This document shows, in pieces, positions 54,770-64,000 of a DNA stretch of 64,000 nucleotides; the stretch's first letter is position 1; every line of letters starts with the position of its first letter. Where the stretch lies: positions 20,023-84,022 of the forward strand of contig CAZIYT010000007.1 of NCBI GenBank assembly GCA_964543545.1, written 5' to 3'. Below the pieces are notes generated by a model. That model did no database searches. It had not been told where the DNA came from and saw only the letters and a program-made list of their open reading frames with translations. The position numbers and the translations under genes are program-made. Source of the stretch: an uncultured Flavobacterium sp. (GTDB lineage Bacteria > Bacteroidota > Bacteroidia > B-17B0 > Aurantibacillaceae).

Positions 54770-56188
54770 TTACTCTCCCTTCAGAGCCTTTTCATAATCC
54801 GGATGATCGAGCAGGGTGGTATCGGTGGCTTTCCGTTCTGTTTTGGTGAAGGCATCCAGGTAAGAGCGGAAGGTCATCGCATCGTAATGAATGATGTTGT
54901 ATTTATATTGGAAAGTCTGGCAAATGTTGAGAGCCACCAGGAAAGCCAGAAGTGCTGAAAATAAATAGCGTGGCGTTTTAGTGAGGCTTGCCATCTTCAC
55001 GAAGCAGGCCGCCAGCGGAAAGCAGAGCAGAGGGTAGAGGTCTATCATCGGCCTCAGGCTGAAAGAGCCCCCATACCACCAGCACCACCAGGAAGAAACG
55101 ATGTACAGATAAAGCGGTAGTACTGCCAGCAGCGTCGAAAGAAAAACGCCTGATCGCTGCTTGCGCATCAGGTACAGGCCTGCGAGCGCAAAGAAAAAAA
55201 CAGGGCTATAGATCAGCCAGCCTTTCCGGAAGCCCAGCAGGCATTGCAGCAGCTGAGGCTTGCTGAAAAAGAATCCTTCTTCGCCGTAGGAAAATACCAG
55301 GTAATGCCCGGTAACATAGTGCCAGTATAGCAGCTGTGGCAGCAGCATCAGCATCACCGCCAAGAGCAGGACGAGCAGGTGCCCGTAGTGCTTCATCAGA
55401 AAAAGGAACCTCTGTTTCAGATCAGAAACCTGACGGACCCCAAACAATAGGATCAGCCCGCCAAACAGGATATTCGGCGGGCGCACCAGGATGATCAGCC
55501 CCAGGAGCAGGCCGGAGACCAGCATCAAAGAGAGCTTCGGATGTTGGTAATACCTCGTTACATAATAAAGAAGAGCGGCCAACAGGGAAAAGCTGTAGCT
55601 ATGCGACATCGCCGCATCCAGGGTGGAGTAACAGAGCAGGTTGGTACCGAAGTAGATCACGAAGAGGCTTAGCGCTGTTACCTTTTCGGAATAATACATC
55701 AGCAGGACCCGCCGCAGAAAGATCAGGCCGAAGAGGAGGTAGAAGAGGCCCGAGTATTCGATGAAGAGCTGGTAGATCTCCGAATAGCCGTCGGGAGCAT
55801 AGCCCAGGGGTTCGGCCAGCGCATGCGCCGTAAAAAAGAAAGGAGCATACAATACCGCCATGCCCATCGGGTACTTAAACACATGGTTTCCCTGCGCATC
55901 GTCGAGGAAAGAATATTTAATCCCGTAGTACTGCCGGTGGTTCTGCGGTGTAATAAAACCCAGTTTCAGGTCCTTGTCGATAAACGTTGCCGGAAGATAG
56001 CTGTAGTAGCCCACCACGTCCCAGCTAATCACATTCCGGGATTTGTGCCTCGCCAGGTTCAGGTGTACTTCCGTTACGGTGAGGCAAACGAGCACAATAA
56101 CAAGGACAGACAGGTGATTTTTGAGGTATAGGAATAAAGCCTTCAAGGATGTGTTTGCGATGCTTAAAAATAAGCATTCCCTTTTCAT
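54770..56188 (-). CDS. Polytopic membrane protein, possibly an ArnT/PMT-like GT-C glycosyltransferase
   Basis: More than 10 hydrophobic segments, WDVVGYYSYLPATFI near the N-terminus. Family call is tentative. Confidence 0.4.
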   Translation of the reverse strand: MKRECLFLSIANTSLKALFLYLKNHLSVLVIVLVCLTVTEVHLNLARHKSRNVISWDVVGYYSYLPATFIDKDLKLGFITPQNHRQYYGIKYSFLDDAQGNHVFKYPMGMAVLYAPFFFTAHALAEPLGYAPDGYSEIYQLFIEYSGLFYLLFGLIFLRRVLLMYYSEKVTALSLFVIYFGTNLLCYSTLDAAMSHSYSFSLLAALLYYVTRYYQHPKLSLMLVSGLLLGLIILVRPPNILFGGLILLFGVRQVSDLKQRFLFLMKHYGHLLVLLLAVMLMLLPQLLYWHYVTGHYLVFSYGEEGFFFSKPQLLQCLLGFRKGWLIYSPVFFFALAGLYLMRKQRSGVFLSTLLAVLPLYLYIVSSWWCWWYGGSFSLRPMIDLYPLLCFPLAACFVKMASLTKTPRYLFSALLAFLVALNICQTFQYKYNIIHYDAMTFRSYLDAFTKTERKATDTTLLDHPDYEKALKGE

Positions 56189-56450
56189 TATAGAGGATGC
56201 GCCTGGGGAATATTTTCCTCATCCTGTTGATGCCTGGTGCCGGCAGTTTTGCCGGAGCCTGTGGCATTTGGTTTTCATAAAACCCTGGAAACGGGAAGAG
56301 AGCAGGAGGTAAAGCAAGGCCTGTTTTCCGATTTTCCCGATGTTGAAAGCCGCTTTTCTGAAGGAAGCCGGTACGATGGATGACGAGACAGACCGGCAGG
56401 TGTGGGTAAAACAGATCAAGAGAAACCAATCAGGCACAAACCTATACACT

Positions 56451-56984
56451 ATGAACAGCATCGATAAACATCAGCCGGAAGACAACACCGAACCTTTATC
56501 CGGTATAAAAGCAATCCAAAAGATCAAAGAACTTTCAGAAGGGCAAAGCTGCTTTTTTTGTACGGAGCCTGCCGGAGTCGATCGTAAAGGCTCGCGGCCC
56601 ATGTCGGTTCAGAAAACCGACGACGATGGCACGCTTTGGCTCCTGAGCCCGGAGGATAGCTTTACCGTTACCGAGATCAAGGCCAACCCGAATGTAAAGC
56701 TGTTCTTTAAAGGTTCCTCTCACTCCGATTTTCTGATGCTCAACGGAAAAGCCTCTCTGTCCAAAGACAAGGCGAAGATCAGGGAATTGTGGCGTCCGCT
56801 TATGAAAACCTGGTTTACCGAAGGAGAGGACGACCCCCGCATCACCGTGATCCGCGTGAAAGTGGCTGACGGTTATTACTGGGATACCAAACACGGCATG
56901 ATGGTGGCTGGCATCAAAATGCTGATCGGCGCCGTTACCCGGAAAACGCTCGACGATTCCGTTCAGGGAGAACTGACGGTATAA
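56451..56984 (+). CDS. Pyridoxamine 5'-phosphate oxidase-like / general stress protein 26 family
   Basis: ...CFFCT...SRPMSVQKTDDDGTLWLLS...KIRELWRPLMKTWFTEGEDDPRITVIRVKVADGYYWDTK. Start set at MNSIDK. Confidence 0.65.
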   Translation: MNSIDKHQPEDNTEPLSGIKAIQKIKELSEGQSCFFCTEPAGVDRKGSRPMSVQKTDDDGTLWLLSPEDSFTVTEIKANPNVKLFFKGSSHSDFLMLNGKASLSKDKAKIRELWRPLMKTWFTEGEDDPRITVIRVKVADGYYWDTKHGMMVAGIKMLIGAVTRKTLDDSVQGELTV

Positions 56985-57015
56985 GGGATTTTTTTATTCA
57001 CGCTTAAAGCATTGT

Positions 57016-58062
57016 ATGATGAACTTTAGAAAAGCGTTAAGCCTGGCAGGTCTGTCTGCGCTTATGCTGTATTCCTGCATCGCCCCGGTCCGCTCGTTCA
57101 GGCATACGCCGCAACCTTCCGCGCCCGACTATGCAAAAGCCCGTTATTGGGCCGCCCTTCCGGAAAAGAAGGACAGCGCCGACTTTCAGCTCAAAGCCTA
57201 TGGACTGAACGATGGCCAGCAACAGGCAAAAGCGGATGTGTTTTTTATTCCGCCTACCAATTACGTAGTGGGCAAATACTGGAATGTAAGCGTCGACGAT
57301 TCTGCCGCCAATGCGGAAACCGATAACGTTGGCTGCAAGCTGCTGGCAAGCGCCTACAACGGAAGCTGCAAAGTATATGCACCGCGCTACCGCACCGCCA
57401 TTTTTTATTCCTACATCGCGCCCGGCAAAAATGCCCGCATGGCCTTTGCCCTCGCTTATGAGGATGTGAGAAATGCTTTCCTCTACTACATGAAGCATTA
57501 CAATAAGGGAAGGCCCATCATCATTGCAGGGCACAGCCAGGGTACCGACTACGCGATCAGGCTACTGAAGGATTTTTTTGATAAGGACAGCACTTTGAAA
57601 AAAGAGCTGGTGGCGGCTTACCTCGTCGGCAGGCCGATCTTCGATACCACGTTCAAGCAGCTGAAACCGATGGACTCACCGGAGCAAACAGGTGGCTATG
57701 TTACCTGGAACTCGGTGTCCTATCATACCAATACGTTCTACGGCGACCCGGTAGGAAAAATTGTTGGCGTCAATCCTCTTAGCTGGAAACGCGACACCGC
57801 CTACGTCTCAAAAACATGCAATAAAGGCGGCTTGTCTTTTTCGGCGGTAAAGATTGATACGGCGGTTGTGGATGCGAAGCTGGCGCCTTCGGGCTTTTTG
57901 TGGGTGCATCCGCCTTCAGCCAAATCACTCGACGAGTATCCGGGTACCAATACCTTTTATTTTCATAAGAATGATTACGCCTTTTTTTACATGAACATCC
58001 GCGAAAATGTCGCGCTTCGTGTAAAAGAGTATCTGGCAAAGCAATCTACTTCCAGGAAATAA
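57016..58062 (+). CDS. DUF3089-like alpha/beta-hydrolase-fold lipoprotein
   Basis: ADVFFIPPTNY...VYAPRYRTA...IIAGHSQGTDY. Confidence 0.6.
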   Translation: MMNFRKALSLAGLSALMLYSCIAPVRSFRHTPQPSAPDYAKARYWAALPEKKDSADFQLKAYGLNDGQQQAKADVFFIPPTNYVVGKYWNVSVDDSAANAETDNVGCKLLASAYNGSCKVYAPRYRTAIFYSYIAPGKNARMAFALAYEDVRNAFLYYMKHYNKGRPIIIAGHSQGTDYAIRLLKDFFDKDSTLKKELVAAYLVGRPIFDTTFKQLKPMDSPEQTGGYVTWNSVSYHTNTFYGDPVGKIVGVNPLSWKRDTAYVSKTCNKGGLSFSAVKIDTAVVDAKLAPSGFLWVHPPSAKSLDEYPGTNTFYFHKNDYAFFYMNIRENVALRVKEYLAKQSTSRK

Positions 58063-58111
58063 AAAGCAGGTTCACTGGCATTGTTTTTAGATGGTTTATG
58101 GATAAAGGATC

Positions 58112-58285
58112 ATGAATATGGAAAACAGGAAAAAACCGCTCAAAGAAAGGCCCTTGCTCGTACTGGCCATTATTCTTCTCATCCTGGTCACGGCCGGTGT
58201 CTGGGCCTGGAGGCATTACCCTTCGGCTCCGGAAGACCCTACAGATCCTAAGATCGATACCGTACAGGCAAATCCCGGGAAATAA
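58112..58285 (+). CDS. Candidate 57-aa single-pass membrane peptide
   Basis: Hand-translated MNMENRKKPLKERPLLVLAIILLILVTAGVWAWRHYPSAPEDPTDPKIDTVQANPGK. No further support. Confidence 0.25.
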   Translation: MNMENRKKPLKERPLLVLAIILLILVTAGVWAWRHYPSAPEDPTDPKIDTVQANPGK

Positions 58286-58286
58286 C

Positions 58287-58715
58287 TTAGCCGTGTTTTT
58301 TCCAATACTTTTTTCCGTAGCCGCAAAAGATCTCTTCACGTTGTTTGATGTGCCGCTTCGCAATGATGCATACGTTCCCATCATCGTCGAGCGCTATCTT
58401 AGCCGTATTCCGGTAAGGCGATTTGCCGAATCCTTCCGCATCATTGGCATATTTGGCAAAACATGCTGTTTTCATCGAATCCATAATCCCCCCGTTCAGC
58501 ATGCTGATAAAATACCTGTCCTCGCCTTTTTTTATCCGTAAGGCAATTTGCCGGTCGGTTAAGATCTCCCCTTTGAAGACGGCGATGATCTCATCCTTGT
58601 AAATGTCGGTGGCGGTGTACAAGCCGTTGCCCGAGCCGGGTAGCTGCGATGGCGCCACATACAGGTAGTCTGATTCTAAGGCGTCAATCCTGGCGCTGTT
58701 GTTGGAAAATTTCAT
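58287..58715 (-). CDS. SET-domain protein (putative protein-lysine methyltransferase)
   Basis: 142 aa from MKFSNN. LPGSGNGLYTATDIYKDEIIAVFKGEIL, FAKYANDAEG (NHSC-like position), IIAKRHIKQREEIFCGYGKKYW. The longer ORF-track version overlaps the PLD gene and was trimmed. Confidence 0.7.
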   Translation of the reverse strand: MKFSNNSARIDALESDYLYVAPSQLPGSGNGLYTATDIYKDEIIAVFKGEILTDRQIALRIKKGEDRYFISMLNGGIMDSMKTACFAKYANDAEGFGKSPYRNTAKIALDDDGNVCIIAKRHIKQREEIFCGYGKKYWKKHG

Positions 58716-58755
58716 GGTTGGGGGTTTATAGGCTCGTGTGATTCTTTTTTTGGAT

Positions 58756-60342
58756 CTATAGAATGTCCTTCGGAACGATTTTCCGCTTCCAGGTCTTCGA
58801 CAGTTTTTCGGCGCCGGCATAAAAGTCCGGGTTCCAGGTGAGTGTCGTATGCCAGCTGTTCTCCGCCTTAAATTCTTCTTCCATGCCTTTCGAAACACCT
58901 TCCGCAATTTTTTTGGAATGGATAATGGCGAGGCACTCCGTGTTGAGGTTGGCACTCCTCGGGTCCAGATTAAAAGTACCGATGACGGTGGTATAACCGT
59001 CAATCACCATCGACTTGGCATGCAGCCCGAATACCGGCGCAAAATTTAATTTCTTTTGCAGGGCGCCGGTCATGATCCTGTAGCGGTCTTTTGCATCCGG
59101 CCTGAATTCATAGATCTCGATCCCGGCCTGCAGCAAGGGCTTGCGGCATTTCTGGTAGCCGGCAAAGGCTTCGAGGTTGTCGGTAGAGGCGAGGCTGTTG
59201 GTCATGATGCGCACCTTCACCCCGCGTTTCACCGCCTCCCTGAATAAAGCTTCCCCTTCTTTTGTGGTGATAAGGTAAGGCGATTGAATATCGATGCTAT
59301 GCTTTGCCTGCTTTACCAGCTCCGTGAGCGCAGAGGTGGTCAGGCCTCCGCCGGTGAAGGCTTTTTTGTGATCGAACTTGCCGGGAATATCCGACACGAA
59401 CTCCACGCTGTCGAGCCATACCAGGTCGCCGGAAGCCTGTATGGATTTGAAGGCCGAAGGAAGGTTCTTTATTTTTTCACGCACCTGTGGCCAGAAATTT
59501 TCAGGATTGCAGGCATACTGGTGCAGCCTGTCGAAGCGGTCCTTTGCCTTGAAGTCAGCCTCCGGCTCCTGCACGATCTTCGACACCGGCACGCTGAGCG
59601 TATCTTTCCAGAATTCCTCAAAAGACCTCTCCATGGTTTCGGTGATCTTCCCGATCAGCAGCACGTCGCGGTCCCTGAAATTGTACTCGTGGTCGTAATC
59701 GAAATATTCATCTGCAATGTTGCGCCCGCCTGTGATCGCGATTTTTCCATCCACCGTAAAGGTTTTATTATGCATGCGCTGGTTGGCATTTACAAAATCA
59801 TAGCGGAATTTGCTCAGCTTCTGGACGATGTTCTTACCGAGGTTAACCCCCGGGTTATAAATCCTGATCTCGATGTTTTCATGCGAGTCCATTGTCAGAA
59901 TGCTGTGTGCATCCGCTTCCACCATCATATCGTCTATTAGCAGGCGCACCTTCACGCCGCGGTCTGCCGCCCTCACGATGTAATCGCAGGCAATCAGTCC
60001 CACATTGTCCGTCGAAAAAATAAAATACTGGATGTCGATGGTCTTTTCGGCATACTCGCTCAGCCAGGCGCGTGTAATCATAGAGCCGTCGCCGTCCTCA
60101 AGCACGTATACGCCCGTTTTGGTTTTCATCAGCTCCGCCACCGGAGCCAGTTCCCCGCCCAGGGATAAGGAATCATCGCGGTGGATGCTGGCGCAAAAAT
60201 CTTCTTTGGCTTCGGGGATTTCCAGTGTGTCATCCGAACAGGAAGAGAAGCTAAGGCCAGCGAAAAAGTACAGGGCCATGATGGTAATCCGGTAAAGCAT
60301 AGGCATAAAATAAGTAAGATCAAATATAAGGTTTTGATCCAA
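58756..60342 (-). CDS. Phospholipase D family protein (two HKD motifs)
   Basis: RMHNKTFTVDGKIAITGGRNIADEY and GLHAKSMVIDGYTTVIGTFNLDPRS. Confidence 0.85.
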   Translation of the reverse strand: MDQNLIFDLTYFMPMLYRITIMALYFFAGLSFSSCSDDTLEIPEAKEDFCASIHRDDSLSLGGELAPVAELMKTKTGVYVLEDGDGSMITRAWLSEYAEKTIDIQYFIFSTDNVGLIACDYIVRAADRGVKVRLLIDDMMVEADAHSILTMDSHENIEIRIYNPGVNLGKNIVQKLSKFRYDFVNANQRMHNKTFTVDGKIAITGGRNIADEYFDYDHEYNFRDRDVLLIGKITETMERSFEEFWKDTLSVPVSKIVQEPEADFKAKDRFDRLHQYACNPENFWPQVREKIKNLPSAFKSIQASGDLVWLDSVEFVSDIPGKFDHKKAFTGGGLTTSALTELVKQAKHSIDIQSPYLITTKEGEALFREAVKRGVKVRIMTNSLASTDNLEAFAGYQKCRKPLLQAGIEIYEFRPDAKDRYRIMTGALQKKLNFAPVFGLHAKSMVIDGYTTVIGTFNLDPRSANLNTECLAIIHSKKIAEGVSKGMEEEFKAENSWHTTLTWNPDFYAGAEKLSKTWKRKIVPKDIL

Positions 60343-60373
60343 TACATCTGTTTCCAGGCATCAGCCTGAAAGA

Positions 60374-62149
60374 CTATTGGCGGGATGGGATAATGACAGA
60401 GTCCGTTAAGCGGATCCCGATAACACTCACATCATCTACCTGATCCAGGTCCTGTTTCCAGTCGTTAAAGCTTGTATTGATCTTTTCCAGCTGCTCGTCC
60501 AGCGGCAGATGAGAGATGTGTTCGATGAGCTCCTTAAAGGCGGAGGTTTTATATTTCTTGCCGGATTCGCCGCCAAACTGGTCGGCAAAGCCATCGGAAA
60601 AAAGGTAGAAGGTTTCCGTGCCGTTCAGCTGAACCGTATGCGTGGTAAAGGGAAGCGGGTTTTCGGAATAGCCGGCATGCTGCTTGTCGCCTTTCAGGAT
60701 GTGCAGCGCCTCGTTCTGAATAAACCACAAAGGGCTGTTGGCACCTGCCCAGCGAAAGGAATTCCGGAGCGGGTCCACGATCATCAGCGAAATATCCATG
60801 CCGTCGCGGATCGTATCGAGGCCCTTGCTGTTGAAGATCGCGGAAATTCTCAGGCTACAGTTGTCCAGGATCAAGCCCGGATCGGTGACGCCAAGCTCGT
60901 TAATAGCCGCTGACAGGGCGTTGTGGCAGATCAGCGACACGAGCGAGCCCGGTACGCCGTGGCCGGTACAATCGGCGCAGGCAATAATGAGGGCATTGTC
61001 CTTGAAGGAGAACCAGTAAAAATCGCCCGACACAATATCCTTTGGCTTATAAATCACAAAATGTTCAAACTGCCTTTCATTAAGCTCTATTTCCGAAGGA
61101 AGGATCACGCTTTGGATGCGCTGCGCATAGTTAATGGAATCCATCACCTCCTTGCTTTTCATTTCAAGGGCATAGGTTCGCTCTTCCACCAGGCGGTTCA
61201 GGTTGAGGTTCATGTATTCCAGCTCCCGCTTATAGGCATTTTGTTCGCTCAGGGAAAAAGCATAGGAATAGATCTCCGCCACATTCGCCATCAGCTGGAT
61301 CTCGTTGTTCTCGTAGGTTCTTACCTGCCCGGTGTTCTCGCAGCACACCACGCCGAAGATGCTGTTGTTATGATAGATCGGCACATCCACAATCGTTTTG
61401 ATTCCGAGCGGCTGCAGGTAAGGGATTTTAAAGCAGGAAGTCGCCTCATGCGTTTCTGCATCAAAAGCTTTGATGATCGTATTTTTTTCCAGGTAGTCGA
61501 AGTAGGGCGCAAACTCATTCCTCGACAGGACTCCGCCCTGTGTGTGGGAGTCTGAGGCCCGCTCGTAAAGGTGCATGCAGGTGATCGTTGTTCTGTCTTC
61601 GTCGTATTTCCAGATGCTCACGCGCGAAATATCCAGGGCATCGGACAGGGAGCGGGTAATGACCTGCATACATTCGCCAATGTTTCCCGAGTGCACCGAT
61701 GGGTGTTTGTTGAGGCTTAATAAGGTAGTGGTGATCCTCTCCTGTTTCAGGAACTTCTCCTTTTCATCGGTAATGTCCAGGTAGATGCCGAATAAGCTGG
61801 CCAGGTGCCCCTGCCGCTCAATCGTTGCCCTCACCTTGATCCATTTGGTATTTCCCCGGGGAGTGTGGATTTCTATCTCCATCTCGATATCGTACTGACT
61901 GGAAACGATCGAATAGAAATCGCGTTTGAATGCTTTCAGAGACTGGGGTGTAAGCGTGGTTTGAAGAAGCTTGTGGGTTTTGGCGTATTGTATCTCCACC
62001 TCAAACAGGTCGGCATAATTTTCACTGATGAAAAGGTAATGCTCCTCTTTTTTTATAAGGTCAACTTCGAGGTGAAACAGGATACCGGGAGAACTTCGGA
62101 TAATCCTTTTGAAAACATCTTGGCTTTCTTTATGGCTTTCAGTTAGCAC
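60374..62149 (-). CDS. PAS-GAF-PP2C (SpoIIE-type) serine phosphatase
   Basis: N-terminal PAS-like region, GAF-like middle region, C-terminal DFYWF...ADCTGHGVPGSLVS...DGMDISL...SDGFADQFGG...DDVSVIGIRL. Confidence 0.85.
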   Translation of the reverse strand: MLTESHKESQDVFKRIIRSSPGILFHLEVDLIKKEEHYLFISENYADLFEVEIQYAKTHKLLQTTLTPQSLKAFKRDFYSIVSSQYDIEMEIEIHTPRGNTKWIKVRATIERQGHLASLFGIYLDITDEKEKFLKQERITTTLLSLNKHPSVHSGNIGECMQVITRSLSDALDISRVSIWKYDEDRTTITCMHLYERASDSHTQGGVLSRNEFAPYFDYLEKNTIIKAFDAETHEATSCFKIPYLQPLGIKTIVDVPIYHNNSIFGVVCCENTGQVRTYENNEIQLMANVAEIYSYAFSLSEQNAYKRELEYMNLNLNRLVEERTYALEMKSKEVMDSINYAQRIQSVILPSEIELNERQFEHFVIYKPKDIVSGDFYWFSFKDNALIIACADCTGHGVPGSLVSLICHNALSAAINELGVTDPGLILDNCSLRISAIFNSKGLDTIRDGMDISLMIVDPLRNSFRWAGANSPLWFIQNEALHILKGDKQHAGYSENPLPFTTHTVQLNGTETFYLFSDGFADQFGGESGKKYKTSAFKELIEHISHLPLDEQLEKINTSFNDWKQDLDQVDDVSVIGIRLTDSVIIPSRQ

Positions 62150-62494
62150 GGGAACAAGGTTGAAGCCAAAAATAGGGAATATTATATGAAAAAAAGTGCG
62201 TAATTTTACGTGTCATAGAGCGATTCTCTACTCATTTTTCAGGAGCTGGTCACCTGGCCCGGTTTATCACATCGTTGCCAAAAAAACGAACGTGTTCGTT
62301 AGAGCAATGCATGATAGACATATCTTTTTGTGTGACAGATTCCCTCCCCTGTGAAAAAGTAAAAGCTGTTTTTCAGCTGTCGAAAAAGTGCTATCCGGGT
62401 GCGGTTAAAATCAGTGTTTTATCGCGAATTTACCGTATTTACCACCTTTTTCTAACGTTTTGAATCGTTTATTTTTGTAGGAAAACTAAACAAT

Positions 62495-62926
62495 ATGGCA
62501 GGTTTCAGGTTGCTTTTAGCAGATGACGATGAGGATGATTTTTTCATCATCCGTCAGGCTTTTGAAGAACTCGGACGGCCATATGACCTGCAGCATGTCA
62601 GGGACGGAAAGAAGCTTCTGGATTATTTATCGGCAACCTCAGGAGCCGGAAGGCAAATTCCGGACCTGATCCTCCTCGATATCAATATGCCTTTGGTGAA
62701 TGGTTTCCAGGCCCTGGAAATGATCCGGAACACCAGCGCCTATGCGCAGGTGCCTGTGTTTATTTATTCAACATCAGTTAATAGCGAAGAGAAACAAAAA
62801 TGTATGGCGCTTGGTGCGAATGCCTTTTTTACCAAAGCCTATACGTATAAAAAGGTGCTGGCCTTTGTAGCAGATATTGATCTGTTCCTGAATTACCCGT
62901 ATCATATGCCCCAACCACAACAATAA
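62495..62926 (+). CDS. Stand-alone response regulator receiver domain
   Basis: LLADDDEDDFFI...PDLILLDINMPLVNGF...VFIYSTS...AFFTK. Confidence 0.85.
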   Translation: MAGFRLLLADDDEDDFFIIRQAFEELGRPYDLQHVRDGKKLLDYLSATSGAGRQIPDLILLDINMPLVNGFQALEMIRNTSAYAQVPVFIYSTSVNSEEKQKCMALGANAFFTKAYTYKKVLAFVADIDLFLNYPYHMPQPQQ

Positions 62927-62978
62927 TTAATAAACAATAAAAAAATAGATCGTTTAATATGATAATGACAATCAACGT

Positions 62979-63620
62979 ATGCCGGTAAAAGTTTTTTTGG
63001 TGGAAGACCACGAGATCGTTAGACAAGGCATTAAAGCGTTACTGGAAGGTGAACCTGATATCATTGTTACAGGCGAAGCGCCAAATGGCATTGAAATGCT
63101 GAAAAGACTGGAAAGCGGACAGCCTGATGTACTTCTAATGGACATGAATATGCCGGAGATGAGCGGGGTGGAATGTACCACGGAGGTCAAAAAGAAATAT
63201 CCCGGCGTCAAAGTATTGATCCTTTCGATGCATGACCATGAAAGCTACCTGGTGGATATGATCTATGCCGGAGCCGATGGTTATATTCTCAAAAACTCAT
63301 CCCGCGAAGAGCTCCTGTTTGCCATCCGGAAAGTAGCCAACGAAGGCGTTTATATCAGCTCAGAGTTTGCCCTTAATATGCTGGCCAAGCACAAGCGCGA
63401 TACCCGCAGGCAGGCTTCTCCTCCCGTTGTGCTCAGCGACAGGGAAATGGATGTGCTGGTACTGATTGCGGAAGGTCATACCAATACGGAAATTGCCGAT
63501 AAGCTGTTTACAAGCGTGCGTACGATAGAAACCCGCCGTAAAAACCTGCTCGATAAGACCGGTACGACCAATACCGCCACGCTCATCCGCTATGCGGTTG
63601 TGAATGGCCTGGTGTCCTGA
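62979..63620 (+). CDS. NarL/LuxR-family response regulator transcription factor
   Basis: VFLVEDHEIVRQGI...DVLLMDMNMPEMSG... plus LSDREMDVLVLIAEGHTNTEIADKLFTSVRTIETRRKNLLDKTG. Confidence 0.9.
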   Translation: MPVKVFLVEDHEIVRQGIKALLEGEPDIIVTGEAPNGIEMLKRLESGQPDVLLMDMNMPEMSGVECTTEVKKKYPGVKVLILSMHDHESYLVDMIYAGADGYILKNSSREELLFAIRKVANEGVYISSEFALNMLAKHKRDTRRQASPPVVLSDREMDVLVLIAEGHTNTEIADKLFTSVRTIETRRKNLLDKTGTTNTATLIRYAVVNGLVS

Positions 63621-63629
63621 TCTCCGCAT

Positions 63630-64000
63630 TCAGGGAATAGGAAGGGTGATGGTGACTCTGCTGCCGGAGCCGGGAGAGGAGTTCAGTGTGAAGCGTCCTT
63701 CCAGCAGCTTTACCCGGTTGCGAATGTTTTTCAGGCCCATGCCATTGCCTACCCGGCGGGGGAGTAGTTCCTGGAAGCCAACTCCATTGTCGCTCACGAT
63801 GAGGGAGATGGAATCTTTATGTTGCTTGATCGTCACGGAGGCTTCCGTGGCGTCGGCATGTTTGATGATGTTATTGAGCAATTCCTGCACAATCCTGTAA
63901 ATGGCAAACTCCAGCTTTTCAGGCAGCTCGGTTACTCCCGATAGCTCAAGGTTCACAGCAGGATTGCCTTTCACGATTTTCCGGATAAGCTCATTCAGGG
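63630..64000 (-). CDS. Sensor histidine kinase, C-terminal HATPase domain (5' part lies beyond the window)
   Basis: IYRIVQELLNNIIKHADAT...VSDNGVGF...GMGLKNIRNRVKLLEGRFTLNSSPGSGSRVTITLP. Reading frame continues to the window edge. Confidence 0.8.
   Translation of the reverse strand, partial: LNELIRKIVKGNPAVNLELSGVTELPEKLEFAIYRIVQELLNNIIKHADATEASVTIKQHKDSISLIVSDNGVGFQELLPRRVGNGMGLKNIRNRVKLLEGRFTLNSSPGSGSRVTITLPIP

Noticed and set aside
58716-59003. N-terminal 96 aa of the 238-aa ORF 58287-59003
   Set aside because: This part overlaps the 3' end of the PLD gene in another frame and is Arg/Pro/Ser-rich. The SET domain starts at the internal ATG (58715).

Overview
This 64-kb window comes from a Bacteroidota chromosome. 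The evidence is a T9SS C-terminal sorting domain, TAnnTTTG -7 promoter boxes, an rpmB-rpmG-DUF4295 operon, and many CarboxypepD_reg, OmpA and SIMPL envelope proteins. Most of the window is housekeeping and envelope genes: pyrC, ftsY, rpmB/rpmG, a DEAD-box helicase, rplM-rpsI-rpsB-tsf-pyrH, serC, an ABC permease, phospholipase D, a PP2C phosphatase and a two-component system.

The main feature is a strongly AT-rich island of about 4.2 kb (about 37.2-41.4 kb). Sampled 60-nt lines count 22-23% G+C inside it and 52-62% in the flanks. It carries two tightly coupled reverse-transcriptase genes (445 aa and 685 aa, both with intact YVDD). A structured non-coding tail lies 3' of the second RT, and a DUF3892 gene plus a 65-aa gene are transcribed divergently. 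This architecture fits a DRT type 3-like two-RT anti-phage module, here with extra co-acquired genes. No integrase or transposase is visible in the window.

Other observations:
- A clear cobalamin riboswitch has no canonical B12 gene directly downstream.
- Two families of structured intergenic repeats occur. One shows compensatory stem changes between copies and brackets a thioesterase gene.
- In two places the 3' end of a gene is duplicated as a direct repeat across an inserted segment. One such segment carries a 965-aa MORN-repeat gene.
- About 1 kb next to the RT island is GC-rich, repeat-laden and non-coding.
- An 18-aa-repeat lipoprotein gene sits inside the rpsB-tsf-pyrH cluster.

All functional calls come from reading motifs by eye. 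No database search was run.
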